Origin: Octopus vulgaris | Taxonomy: Eukaryota | Assembly (NCBI GenBank): GCA_951406725.2 | Contig: OX597818.1 | Location: 4,278,001-4,342,000, forward strand | Length of the DNA: 64,000 bases | Direction of reading: 5' to 3' | Shown here: positions 41,195 to 53,884 of the stretch, in pieces | How positions within the stretch are numbered: position 1 is the stretch's first letter | Layout: each line of letters opens with the position of its first letter | The notes under the pieces: model-generated | Databases searched by the model: none | The model's input: only the letters and a program-made list of their open reading frames with translations | Told to the model about the DNA's origin: nothing | Position numbers and translations under genes: made by a program

Positions 41195-43223
41195 TAATGT
41201 ATAAGATATATACAGCATGTTTAAACCTCTTCCTCCAAGATCATTGTGAAACCAATAACATTATTACAGCAGAACAAGCAGCTGGGAAGAAGGGAGTCTG
41301 GGGATGTGCCGAGCAATTGCTAATCAACAAAACTGTGATGTCAGAGGTGCGAGAGCATAGGAGGAACCTAGTTTCAATGTAGCTAGATTACAAGAAAGCA
41401 TTTGACTCTGTTCCCCACTCATGGATGCTAGAAGCCCTTCAACTTGCTAAAGTTCCAGTGAGAATAGTCAAAGCCATAGCTAACCTGACTTCATCACGGG
41501 CCACCATCTTGAAATTAAACACAAAGAGTGACTGTATTATTACTGATAGAATATAATATTGCAAAGACATATTCCAAGGAGACAGCCTCTCTGTGATGTT
41601 GTTTATACTTTCTGTAAACCCCTTGTCATTCATGTTAAAGAAGTCTGAAGGATATCTCACTGGTTCACAAGGAACCAGAAATACCAAAATTACGCACTGT
41701 TTCTTTGTGGATGACTTAAAACTTTATGCAAAGAACATGCATGAAATGAAAAAGAACCTTGACCTAGTTACAATATTCTCAAAGGATGTAAAGTTGGAGT
41801 TTGGTCAGGATAAATGTTATCATATGGTTGTGAAAAGGGGGGGGACTATAAACCAGACTAGTAACATTTCCATCAATGATTTGACTGTTTCCCCTGTATC
41901 TAATGAGGAATGTTACAGGTATCTAGGGGTGGATGAAAATATATCTTACAATGGCACCTGTAACAAAATATGTGTTACTAAAGAATATTACAGCCAAATA
42001 AAGAAAATTTGGACCTCAGAACTCTCTGCATTCAATAAAACAGTGGTCCACAATGTGCTTGCAGTGCCAGTACTCATAAAAACTTTTGGGCTGCTTGATT
42101 GGATGCTTCTGAGCCATTGATGTGAAAAGCCAAAAAATACTAACAAGCACACATAATTTCCACATAAACAGTGACATAGACTGCCTCTATCTAAAACGTA
42201 AACAAGGCGGCAAAGGCTTAACATTGATCCAAAATGCCTTTGAATGTCACATCATATCCCTTCGCCAACATCTTTTAACCACCAAGTTAGCATACATGAG
42301 GCTGATAACATCATAAGACTCGGAAGTCATCCACTTGAGCAACACTCTTTGTCTGATAACCTAGAATACATGCCCAAAGAAGTTGCACAACTCTACTGCA
42401 ACATATCATCAGATGAATGGATGGGCCTATATGAGCAGAAGAGTATGCATGGTTTTGTTAGTAGAAAGCTCCATGATGATAATAACATCAATCATCAAAG
42501 CAGTTTATCATGGACGAATAGCTGAATTACTACCTCCCACTTTGAAAGGTATGAGTTTGCAAACCAGGAACAGGAAATATCAACCAAGTACCTGATGCAC
42601 GAAAGGGATAGAGATGCAGGAAAAGCCATAAAATATGACAACTGATGCAGACTTTGTGGAGTTCACACTGAAGATATCACTCACATCATAAGCAGTTGTC
42701 TGAAAATGTCATCACAGTATGATCTACTGATGTGACATAACGTTATAGCTAGGACACTTTGTAATGAAATCTGTTGAAAGGATAATATCGAGGACAAAGA
42801 AATAAGAACCCACTATATGGTAGAAGCCATAGCCACTCATAATGAAAAGGAATACTGGTGAAGACCTCAATAAAATGTAAGCACAACAGACCTGATATAA
42901 TGATTTGAGATAAAGAGAAACTGTGCACATTTGTGGAAATTAGCTGCCCAGTGGATGTTAACATAAAGCTGAAGACCAGTGAAAAAGAGAACACCTATGC
43001 TGAACTATTGAGAAATCTTCAATTACTCTATCCAGATTATAAGTTCAGGTTTATACCTGTAATTATTGGGGCACTGGGATATGTAACACACTGCTTAAAT
43101 ACCAATCTTGAGAAATTAGGCTTCTCAAAATCAGAAAGGAGAAAGCTAATTTGAAGACTACAGATCCAATCCATCACTGGAACTGTAAAAATCTGTAAAA
43201 CTTTCCAGAAGTTTATCATTTAA
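41195..43223 (+). mobile_element. Decayed R4/Dong-like LINE (RT, CCHC, restriction-like endonuclease)
   Basis: EQAAGKKGVWGCAEQLLINK, DYKKAFDSVPH, IFQGDSLS, HCFFVDDLKLYA, RLCGVHTEDITHIISSC, HNRPDI..VEISCP..IPVIIGALG; many stops. Confidence 0.82.
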
Positions 43224-43459
43224 GTATATATGAGCATGTCTAGATATGCAACTATATGCATGAGAATACAGACATAAAAGATACAAATCTGCATGCATGC
43301 ATGCACATGCACACACACACACACACACATACATACAAACTAAAATACCCTGTTGTTGATGTTGAAATTCCAATGAAGGAACCTTTCATCTAGGTTAGAA
43401 AAATCAACTGAATAATGACATACATATGTATGTTTTTTCAAACTTATGTACATTTTGCA

Positions 43460-43650
43460 TCATCATCAGTAGCAGCAGCATTTAATGTCTGTTTTCCATG
43501 CTAGCATGGGTCGTATAGCTTAGCAGGAACTAGCAAGGCCAGGGCAATCACCAGATTACATAGTCTGATTTGGCTTGGTTTCTATGGCTGGATGCTCTTC
43601 CTAATGCCAACCACTCCACAGAGTGCTTTTTTATGTGGCACCATCACCAA
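43460..43650 (-). mobile_element. Old RTE family A tail fragment
   Basis: ttttccatgctagcatggg and ggctggatgctcttcctaatgccaacc. Confidence 0.65.
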
Positions 43651-45452
43651 TGCCTGAAATATTGCTTATTTTAAGATGAAATAGACATTTCATTTTAAAA
43701 ACATATATTATGAGAAGTGCAAAAATTATTTAGACAACTTATAAGTATTTAATTATAAACTTCCTCTGTTTTTAACCACTGCAGTACCACCTTTTCAGAA
43801 AACAATGTTTTGCTTTTGCTTTGGTATTTCAAGTAAGCCATGACATTTTTATAAATTATTGATTTCTTCAAAATTACACTGCAATTCTCCACATTTATCA
43901 ATTGATCTATGAGAGACTCAATGACCTCTATACTGTCACTCAACATAGCAATCAAATCTCTCTGAAATCACGTCCTACTGTTCTGTCTTGAAGGAAAGCA
44001 ACATTGGATAATACAATCTCATATATGTCACTGAAATTATATACTTCATGAAGAAAGAAAAAGGTAATGAAGTGGAGAAGAAAAACTTTTTCAGAAAAGT
44101 GATTTCAGAAGTACAGGATTTTCAGAGACAACTTGTCCAAAAATCTGCTATGAAAATTTTTTAAAGAAAAAATATTTTTTTGCACAGAAAGAAAAGAAGT
44201 CCACGCCAGTGATGCTTCATTTTATGATCCAGAAAGTGAAACCACTGAAACCAGCAGAAATCAGCATAATAAAATGAAAGCAAAATAATGTTTGGTAGTA
44301 CTCAACTGAACTCAGCAATGAAATGAAACCAGAAAAATATTTTCCTTTGAACCTGAAAGTTTATTTCAAAATTGTTTGTGTATAGAAGAAATTGCTAACC
44401 CTATTACATGACAAATAGCCATGAGCATTGTAGATAACAACATTAACATTGATGAAGAGACTAAAAGAAATTAGGCTACACAAGATATTTGTATTAATAC
44501 TTTGAACACTGAAACTACAATTAACTTTTTTGCATTGTTGGGATTAATTCATAATTGGTATGCTGTAATGAGCTTGGTGAATTGCCACGCATGTTCAGAT
44601 GGAAAAACCTGGAGGCATTATCAAAGAAGTAAACAAGATTCATTCTTTTTTGGGGGTCTTTGTGTGGCAGAACTTATGCATTGATGAGCAACAGCTGACT
44701 GCAAATGATATGCTGTTAGGGGCATGTTGGTAACCATAGAGAAGCAACAGTTAACTGGTTTAACTATTTTAGAGATGTGGTGTGTGGTGTACCACCATCC
44801 TGTACAGATTGATGGAAGCAGTGCAGTCATAGAGTAGACAAGTCAAAACTAATGCACTACAAATGCCACTGTGGTCATTACTGAGAGTAACTAGATTGTT
44901 GACATGGTGGAGTACAATAGCCTTAAGTGTATCCTTGTGTCTGTCCCTGACTGACATTATTGTCAATCATCATTGATCATGTGTTGTTAGACACCTGCAC
45001 TGTAATTTATTGATGGCATGCCTATCAGCAGTTATCAACTCATGATACTGTAAATCAAACTATCAACACAAAAACAATTGGAGAATCAAATATTGGGCTT
45101 TTCATACATATTTGCAGGAATTTTCTTGGCAATAATAGCACAAAGGAATTTGTTAATTGCTTTCAACAATATTATTGTTTAATTTCTATATTTTGGTGTA
45201 TAATTTTTAAAAATTTATATTTTAGTATATTATTTAAAAATTCATAATAAAATAAATCAAAAAGCATTTTACAAACAATTGGATGTTACAATTACCATCA
45301 GATTTGTATAACTTTTAATTCATTTCAAAGAAAACAATTCTTTCACTTTCACTTCACTACTGAGTTTCTGGTAAATGATGATCTCTGCCAACTGCAGTAG
45401 TTTCACTTTCTGGATCATAAAACAAAACATCACTGCCATTAACTATTTATAT

Positions 45453-46658
45453 TGTTACGGAATCACCCGTCGTCGCCCGTCCCGAACGGCTCACACAAGT
45501 TCCGCCACGGAACCCAAAGAGGCGGAGAGAGGAGATACAGATAGATACTGCCACAACCTCAACAGCACAGAGATACAGAGGCACAACCCGAGATACAACC
45601 CAAAGAGGCAAGGCAACAACTGGCAACACTGGCTTATATTCAAACAACAGTTTATACGACAATTACAATGGTTACAACATCAAAGCATTTAAGGCAAACA
45701 ACAAATCAATACATCATACGGTATACCACAGATCAAAGCATTTAACAACATGCATGTAACAATATAACAGTGTTCAGTAACGACACAACAAGTCCAGATC
45801 AAATAATGTTCACGATACGTCACAGTCCAATCAGAACACTTCGATACATTATACAATGTTCGTATCACAACAATTCACGTTACAATTCAACAAGTCCTTT
45901 ACTCAATTCACAATGTTCTTTATCGACTACATCGACAGAGTTCTTCTTTTTCTCTTCACTGTTCAATACACAAATCACATACCTTAATTCTTAACTGAAT
46001 CGCCAGTGTCCCATTCTGCACTCATCTCTTAATACTGCTAAATCCTCTGAATACTCTGCTAATTCCCCTCTGTGCATATTCCAATCGCTTGCTCCTAGGC
46101 CTCCTCGCATCCCAGCTCGCTCCCAGGAATTCCAACGCCTGCTCCTTAAATCCAAGGTTCCATCCACTCGCTCTGACCTCCAGAGTCCGTCTGTCTTCCT
46201 CGAGGACCGGCCAGCGACCGCAAGATCCGTCTGCGTTCCTCGACGACCGCTCAACGACTGCCAAGACCTCACTTCGTCTCTGTCCTCGCTTCCACTCCCT
46301 CATCTCCCTCTTATAGCCTTTCTATTTGCTATCTCATTCCTTACTCTATCTATATCGCCTACTGTCCCTTAGCCTCTCTATCTGCTCTCTGATCTTACTG
46401 CCTATCTCTATCGCCCGCCAGACTCTTCCTCTCTATCTGTCCCTTAGTCTTATACTCTATCTCTATTTGCTCTCAGCCCTTAATCTGTCCCTCTTCTCTC
46501 ACATTCTCCTGACCCTTTTCTCAACCGCACGAGGTCACAGGTCCTTCCAAAACCCATCAGTCCTCCATTAGACAAAAGACTGTCACATTTTCACCAGACA
46601 TGATGGTGCCATAATTCCTAAGTGGGTAACCAGGAAATGCACCAGCTAAACCGTAACA
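45453..46658 (-). repeat. 3' LTR (~1.2 kb)
   Basis: tgttacgg...ccgtaaca; adjacent ctaccccct is the PPT (agggggtag) on the minus strand. Confidence 0.93.
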
Positions 46659-46698
46659 CTACCCCCTACCTAAGCTTTTGTCGACCCGACAAAGCATA

Positions 46699-48609
46699 CT
46701 AAACTCGCAGCTCCGAGCAGCAGACTCTCCAGGGGCTGGGGGTCCTCTTGGGTGGTTTCTCCTCCGGGGGTCTCACCTCCCACGGCCACCACTTCAGCAC
46801 CAGCCACAGGTTGGCACCTTCCCTCTGCGGCTTGGGTAACACCTCCGCCAACGCCACCAGGCTTCCTACTAGCCGCCCACAATAGGCGCACCGTCCAAGG
46901 AAGTTCCTCAAATCCCTCACACAGGAAGGGTCCGGCCAATCCTTCACAGTGGCCACCTTCCTCAGGGCTCTATAGCCCACGTAGCACCTTGCTGTACCAT
47001 CCCCATTCCGCGCAATTATCGCTGACGACCAGGGACCATTCTGTCCTTTCACTGTTACCTGTCGCCGATATCTCCTCTTGCGCTGCTGTACTGAGACCTT
47101 CCTCCGGCCTCGCTTCCTCCGGCCTCGCTGCCTCCTCAAGCGACAACCGCCTTGGTCGACGAAACTTTCTGCCAGGTCTGTGCGACCAGCATCCAACAAC
47201 CCTCGCGACCAACGTCCTGCGCTTTTCACCAACAGTTGCCTCTTCCGCAACTGCATCAGCGGACCACGAACTCCCTTAACTTCATCTCTGCACCGGCAGA
47301 ACTGACCCCGCCGCTGGTTTACCGTCCGGCGCAGTTCCACGATTTGCCCTCTGCAAATCGCCTGCGCAGCCTTCAATAACTTGGCCGACCCAACCAGCGC
47401 TCTGTCAACTTCTGCCTCCACCAGGGTCCAGCCGACCCTCAACTGAGCTCTTACTCCGCACTGCATGTCGGGCTCCACCGGCCCCACGCAACCATCAAAT
47501 ACAGAGCTCCCCCAAGTGCCAACAAAGCACCAGCGACTCCTTTTGGACCGCTTCCTCAACTGCATCCGTGGGCCACCAACTCCTTCAACTGCGTTGCCGT
47601 ATCGGCAGAACTGGCCCCACCACTGGTTCGCCATCTGGCACGATTCCTCGATTTGCCTTCTACAAATCGCCTGTGCCACTTCCAAAAGATCGGCCGACCC
47701 AGCCAGCGCTCCACCAGCTTCTGCTTCCACTAGGGTCCACCCGACCCTCAATCGAGCTTTCACTAGGCACTGCCTGTCAGGCTCCACCGGCCCCAAGCAA
47801 CCATCAACCACAAAGCTCACCCAACGCTGAAGCAGTCTTCCTGGTCTCGGTGGACCCACCACCGTTCGCAGCCGTCTCGCCTCGTCAACGGGCCTGGTCC
47901 TTTTCCTCACCAGCTTCCGTCCCGCAGGCCTCACAACACACACGCTCGGCCGCCAGTCCATCCACGCCTGTGGCCTCTCCACATTGGGAACCATACAGTC
48001 CCTCCGGGCCCCAAGAGACAGGGGTCCAGACACCAAAGGACCCGCACACGGCATAGCACCTGCCGCGACCATCACACACAGAGCCGGAACCTCGGACTCA
48101 GCGACATTCGCCCCAGACCTCGCCAGCTCTTCGTCCTGAGCTCCAAGAGACAGGGGTCGAGATGCCAAGGGCTCCAGACACGGAACAACAGCATCAGCCA
48201 TAACACCTTCCACGGGCCTTTTGGTTACTTCAACCTCTACGGGTTCCAAATCACAAGTTTTCTTGGGTACAGCGTCACAAATTTCGGCAACCAGCCCAGG
48301 TTCCGCAAACACAGCCGGTCCAGCATCACAGATTTCGGCAACACTTCCTTCACTATCTGTTTCCCTCGATGCTTCGTTCGACGGGCAATCTCTGCCCACA
48401 GGACCGTCGCTATCCTCGGTCCAACACCGATCCTTCAAAGCTGACCCATCCGCAACCTCAAGCTCCCGTTGATCTGCCCACAGGCCCTGTCGCCTCCTGT
48501 CCATTCTCTCCACGAACGCGTCCGTCTGCGCCATCTGGCCCCTTAACATCTCCACAATCAGAGCAAGCGAAATCTCCTCGTCTCCGGTCTGACAACCAGA
48601 CAAATCCAT
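46699..48609 (-). CDS. Single internal ORF with vestigial pol fragments
   Basis: Open frame of about 636 codons from ATG; GPWSSAIIARNGDGTARCYVGYRAL (RT start) joined to KVATVKDWPDPSCVRDLRNFLGRCAY (RT/RNase H connection); no YxDD. Confidence 0.65.
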   Translation of the reverse strand: MDLSGCQTGDEEISLALIVEMLRGQMAQTDAFVERMDRRRQGLWADQRELEVADGSALKDRCWTEDSDGPVGRDCPSNEASRETDSEGSVAEICDAGPAVFAEPGLVAEICDAVPKKTCDLEPVEVEVTKRPVEGVMADAVVPCLEPLASRPLSLGAQDEELARSGANVAESEVPALCVMVAAGAMPCAGPLVSGPLSLGARRDCMVPNVERPQAWMDWRPSVCVVRPAGRKLVRKRTRPVDEARRLRTVVGPPRPGRLLQRWVSFVVDGCLGPVEPDRQCLVKARLRVGWTLVEAEAGGALAGSADLLEVAQAICRRQIEESCQMANQWWGQFCRYGNAVEGVGGPRMQLRKRSKRSRWCFVGTWGSSVFDGCVGPVEPDMQCGVRAQLRVGWTLVEAEVDRALVGSAKLLKAAQAICRGQIVELRRTVNQRRGQFCRCRDEVKGVRGPLMQLRKRQLLVKSAGRWSRGLLDAGRTDLAESFVDQGGCRLRRQRGRRKRGRRKVSVQQRKRRYRRQVTVKGQNGPWSSAIIARNGDGTARCYVGYRALRKVATVKDWPDPSCVRDLRNFLGRCAYCGRLVGSLVALAEVLPKPQREGANLWLVLKWWPWEVRPPEEKPPKRTPSPWRVCCSELRV

Positions 48610-48647
48610 AGCGAAAAAGAACCGATCGAAACGCAGCAATCAGGACA

Positions 48648-48665
48648 ATCCCACTTCTGACACCA
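48648..48665 (-). other. Primer binding site complementary to tRNA-Leu 3' end
   Basis: Minus strand TGGTGTCAGAAGTGGGAT, 2 nt from the LTR end. Confidence 0.8.
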
Positions 48666-48667
48666 GT

Positions 48668-49877
48668 TGTTACGGACGGAATCACCCGTCGTCGCCCGTC
48701 CCGAACGGCTCACACAAGTTCCGCCACGGAACCCAAAGAGGCGGAGAGAGGAGATACAGATAGATACTGCCACAATCTCAACAGCACAGAGATACAGAGG
48801 CACAACCCGAGATACAACCCAAAGAGGCAAGGCAACAACTGGCAACACTGGCTTATATTCAAACAACAGTTTATACGACAATTACAATGGTTACAACATC
48901 AAAGCATTTAAGGCAAACAACAAATCAATACATCATACGGTATACCACAGATCAAAGCATTTAACAACATGCATGTAACAATATAACAGTGTTCAGTAAC
49001 GACACAACAAGTCCAGATCAAATAATGTTCACGATACGTCACAGTCCAATCAGAACACTTCGATACATTATACAATGTTCGTATCACAACAATTCACGTT
49101 ACAATTCAACAAGTCCTTTACTCAATTCACAATGTTCTTTATCGACTACATCGACAGAGTTCTTCTTTTTCTCTTCACTGTTCAATACACAAATCACATA
49201 CCTTAATTCTTAACTGAATCGCCAGTGTCCCATTCTGCACTCATCTCTTAATACTGCTAAATCCTCTGAATACTCTGCTAATTCCCCTCTGTGCATATTC
49301 CAATCGCTTGCTCCTAGGCCTCCTCGCATCCTAGCTCGCTCCCAGGAATTCCAACGCCTGCTCCTTAAATCCAAGGTTCCATCCACTCGCTCTGACCTCC
49401 AGAGTCCGTCTGTCTTCCTCGAGGACCGGCCAGCGACCGCAAGATCCGTCTGCGTTCCTCGACGACCGCTCAACGACTGCCAAGACCTCACTTCGTCTCT
49501 GTCCTCGCTTCCACTCCCTCATCTCCCTCTTATAGCCTTTCTATTTGCTATCTCATTCCTTACTCTATCTATATCGCCTACTGTCCCTTAGCCTCTCTAT
49601 CTGCTCTCTGATCTTACTGCCTATCTCTATCGCCCGCCAGACTCTTCCTCTCTATCTGTCCCTTAGTCTTATACTCTATCTCTATTTGCTCTCAGCCCTT
49701 AATCTGTCCCTCTTCTCTCACATTCTCCTGACCCTTTTCTCAACCGCACGAGGTCACAGGTCCTTCCAAAACCCATCAGTCCTCCATTAGACAAAAGACT
49801 GTCACATTTTCACCAGACATGATGGTGCCATAATTCCTAAGTGGGTCACCAGGAAATGCACCAGCTAAACCGTAACA
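48668..49877 (-). repeat. 5' LTR (~1.2 kb)
   Basis: Direct repeat of 45453-46658 with a 4-nt acgg duplication. Confidence 0.93.
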
Positions 49878-50035
49878 ATATGTTGCAAAAAATTTCCAAG
49901 TTTATATTTACCCCACTACAATTCTGGATGATATCCTATAATTTACCTCATTTCTCTTGCATCATTAAGTTGTACAACAATTCATGAGCAAGGTTAAATA
50001 GGAAAGAACTTTCCTTCCAGAATCATATATACATA

Positions 50036-50070
<35 letters not shown>

Positions 50071-50303
50071 ACTTTTATATTCTTTTATACATTTCAGCCC
50101 TAAGGCTGTGGCCATGCTAGGGTATGTGTGTGTGGGAGAGAGAGGGGGGAGGGAGAGAGAGAGAGAAAGAGATTATACTTTTGTGAGGTTTAAAATGAAA
50201 ATATTCAACTTGAGGGGACTGTCTCTCTGATTTTATATATTCACAAAATAATGTGCTACATTCAGTTTTTACTTTTTCCAAAATAGATTTTACATGAACC
50301 ATA

Positions 50304-51599
50304 TGAGGGGGTATCCAAAAGAAACTGGAATTTTGCAATGTTATTTTATTTACTTAGTTTTACATGTTTATACTTTTACTGCCTTCAAAGTATTCTACAT
50401 TTGAAGCAATGCATTGGTTCAGACATATTTTCCACTGTTTTGAAGTAGTCCTGCAACTCTTGCAAAGTGATGTCTTTTTACACCTCCATCGTTTTTCTTC
50501 ACCTCTTCCACATCTGAAAAACATTTTCCTTTAAGGACTTTTTCCATTAAGGGGAACCAAAAAAAATGCAGGGAGCAAGACTGGGTGGATAGGGAGGGTG
50601 GATAAGCAGGATCATGCCATTTTTGCTCAAGAACTGTTTCACACTCAAGGTGGTGTGCACAGGAGCATTGTCATGATGAAACCAACACTCTCCACTTTAC
50701 CACAGGTTGGGGTGTTTATATCTCACCACATCTTGCAAATGCTTCAGAACTGCCAAGTAAAATATCTGGCTAACAATTTGACAAGGAGGATCAGATTCTG
50801 TGTGGTCAATTCCTTTCACATTGATGAAATAAATCAGCATCGTCTTGACATTGGACTTCACTTGATGTGCTTTTTTGGAGTGTGGTGACATTGACTGCTT
50901 CTATTTGCTTGATTGTTGCTTCATTTATGGGTTGTAGCCATAGCACCAGGTTTCGTCTCTAGTGATGACCTTTGGAAAAAGGTCTGGATCAACTTCCAAC
51001 TATTCTTTAAGTTAACAACACACATTCAGTTGTGATTGCTTTTGATCTTCTGTGAGCAAACAAGGTACAACTTTTGCTGCAACTCTTTTCATTCACATTT
51101 CCTCATTCAAAATTCGTTGGCAGGAGCTCCAGGACAGATCAGTCATATCAAGTTCATCAATTGTTCAGTGACGGCCCTCCAAGATTAGTTCATGAATTTT
51201 TGTGATGTTTTCATTTGTTTGGGAGGTTGGCAGTTGTCCTGAATGAAGTTGGTCTTCAAGTGACAAGTGACCATTCCTAAAGCATGAAAACCACTTGTAA
51301 ACTTGTTTTGCTCATGGCAGCCTCCTTGTAAGCTGTTAGAAGCATGACAACTGTTTCTGGCAGAAAACAGAATTTCATTGAAGCATGCTGTTCCTTCATT
51401 TCAGCCATTGAAAAGTTGATGAACAGGGAAGAAGCACAGAAAAACAAAAACACACCACATGGCATTATGACTTTACATGACACTGCAGCTTGGCAGACTG
51501 ATGCCTGAGGAGCACATCAAGTGCCTTCTAGTGGTGGAAGCCACTACAACAGGCTTATCCCACAGAAAACATTTCTGGTTACTTTTGGGTACCCCCTCA
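50304..51599 (-). mobile_element. Decayed mariner DNA transposon
   Basis: TIRs tgagggggtatccaaaagaaactggaa and its imperfect reverse complement; TA on both flanks; about 1.3 kb; fragments KEQHASMKFCF and KKAHQVKSNVKTMLIYF..GI. Confidence 0.85.
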
Positions 51600-51894
51600 T
51601 ATGTGCAGTACTCCAAACTGAATGCAACTACATGTGAATATTTGGTAGTAAAAGCACAACAAAAAAGTAAAATGAGCAATTGAATGAGAGAATAATAAGT
51701 CTAAAAACTAAACAAAATGTCTGCATATGAACTTCAACAAAGACAAAAGGAATCTGATTTGGCCATGATTTCAAAAGAATTGGCTTACAGCAAAGAATCC
51801 AGAGCACAAAGACACAGAAGACAGAGACAGTTTTCTCATTGCTAAGGTGATTTCTTATAAGCACCTCTGACTTATCATTCCAGCAAGTGCGGGA

Positions 51895-52590
51895 ATCTGT
51901 ACAGCCACTAATAAGCTTAGTCATTATAACCATTGAAGAGTTGTGCTGTGGCAACCATCGCATCTCAGTTGTATCATTGCAACCATCACCTAGCCATTTT
52001 TTTACAACTGACATTGAGCTGTTTTAATATAATCAACACTGTATATAAAAGCCAAGCCATTCCAACCACCACTATTGATCTCTAATTAAAATCACCACAA
52101 AGTTTTATGAGTACAACCATTACTAAGCTATTTCACTATAATCACTACTTAGTTGTGGCATTACAAAAACTTCTAAGATCTCACTACAGTCAATAGTGAA
52201 ATGCTTCACTAGAACCACAATATATCTGTGTCATTACAACCAACACTAAGCTATTTCATTGCAACTGACACTGAGTTATGACATTACAGCTATCACTGAG
52301 ATTTCATTTCAACTACCTATACTGTCACATTACATTCAACACCCACCTGCATTATTAAAACACAACCAAGGTGTTTCATTATAACTGCAGTTGAGCTGTG
52401 TCATTACAACCATCTCTTAACTATTTCAGTTCAATCAGTACTGAACTAAGTTTTACCATAAGAACCCACTGATCTATGTCACTACAACCATGGCTTAGCT
52501 GCATTATTACAATCACAACTAATTATATCATGTCAGTGGTTGCTGTGATATCACTGCAGCTACCACTGAGATTTTTCATTACAACTAATT
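51895..52590. repeat. Degenerate ~28-30 bp minisatellite
   Basis: Recurring gtcattacaaccancactgagct-like units. Confidence 0.6.
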
Positions 52591-52621
52591 CACTTGCAGA
52601 TTTAACTATTTTAAAGTTATT

Positions 52622-53070
52622 TCATCATCATCATTAAACATCTGTTGTGCATTCTGCCATGCGTTGGACAGTTTGATCAGAGCTGGTAAGCTGGACAGCT
52701 GCACCAGGCTTCAGTTTGATTTGGCATGGTGCTTTTGGGTGCTTTTACATGGAACCACATGGGCATCAGTGCTTTTTACACTTGCTGATCAATCCTCTCT
52801 AACAGGGGGACCAGACTTAACACATCTACTGTGGAGCATGGGTCTTCTTGAGTACAGAAAGGCACCAGGCATCCCAGTCCTTTGTCATCTCACCTGAAAG
52901 GTTCAGTGCCCTAAGGTCATTCTTTAATAATTCATCCCATGTCTTTCTAGGTCTCCTACTTCCACTTGTTTCATCTACTTTGAGAGGTTGGCACTTCATT
53001 ATGCAGTTGTCAGCATTAACCCGCATCACATGACCAAACCAGCAGAGTATCCTCTCTTTCACATAGCATC
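52622..53070 (-). mobile_element. Old RTE 3' fragment
   Basis: [26 protein letters not shown] and (CAT)n tail. Confidence 0.75.
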
Positions 53071-53116
53071 TAATTCCTTATTTTTATATATTTATTTAAA
53101 TTTTTCTTATATATAC

Positions 53117-53532
53117 GGCTGCGTGGTTAGAAACTTGCTTCCCAACCACATGATTCTGGGTTCAATTCCTCTGCATGGTACCTTGGACAAGTGTCTACTA
53201 CTATAGCCTCAGGCCAACTAGAGCCTTGTGAGTGGATTTGGTAGACGGAAACTGAAAGATGCCTGATGTATAAATATATATATGCATGTATGTATGTATG
53301 TATGTATATTTATGTATGTCTTTGTATCTGTGATTGTCTCCCCACCCTTATGTGACAACTTATGTTGGTGTGTTTACATCCCTGTAACTAAGTAGATCAG
53401 CAAAACAGACTGATAGAATAAGTACTAGGCTTACAAAGAATACATCCTGGAGTTGATTTCTTTGACTAAAACCTTTTAAGTCAGTGCTCCAGCATGGCTG
53501 CAGTCTAGTGACTGAAACATGTAGAAGAATAA

Positions 53533-53535
<3 letters not shown>
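53117..53535 (+). mobile_element. tRNA-derived SINE with CORE-like body and internal microsatellite
   Basis: A-box-like ggctgcgtggttag, B-box-like ggttcaattcc, then accttggacaagtg; homologous to 63631-63995. Confidence 0.75.
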
Positions 53536-53569
<34 letters not shown>

Positions 53570-53572
<3 letters not shown>

Positions 53573-53868
53573 ATCATCATCATCGTTTAACGTCTGCTTT
53601 CCATGCTGGCATGAGTTGGACAGTTTGACTGGGGACTGGTAAGCCAGAATGCTGCACCAGGCTCCAATCTGATCTGACAAAGTTTCTACAACTGGATGCC
53701 CTTCCTCACGCCAACCACTGATGAGGGCCAGTCAGGCAGTACTGGCAACGACCACGCTCAAAGATGTAGTTTACATGCCACCTGCACAGGAGATTACACT
53801 CTATCATGTATGCACACTGACATTACACATCCAGCGGAACATACTGGCTTCATTCCTTGCAAGCTTAT
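53570..53868 (-). mobile_element. Internally deleted RTE family A fragment
   Basis: (CAT)n tail and 3'UTR joined to [20 protein letters not shown] coding sequence. Confidence 0.7.
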
Positions 53869-53884
53869 ATGTATATATACATAT

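Larger units (their letters stand above)
45453..49877 (-). mobile_element. Non-autonomous Gypsy-type LTR retrotransposon, young, 4-bp TSD ATAT
   Basis: TG..CA LTRs at 45453-46658 and 48668-49877 with about four differences seen; ATAT on both flanks; PBS and PPT on the minus strand. Confidence 0.93.

Noticed and set aside
43749-43955. Short ORFs in low-copy-looking DNA (also 51628-52014 and 34920-35070) as host exons
   Set aside because: No recognisable domain or convincing splice-site pair; cannot be supported without a search
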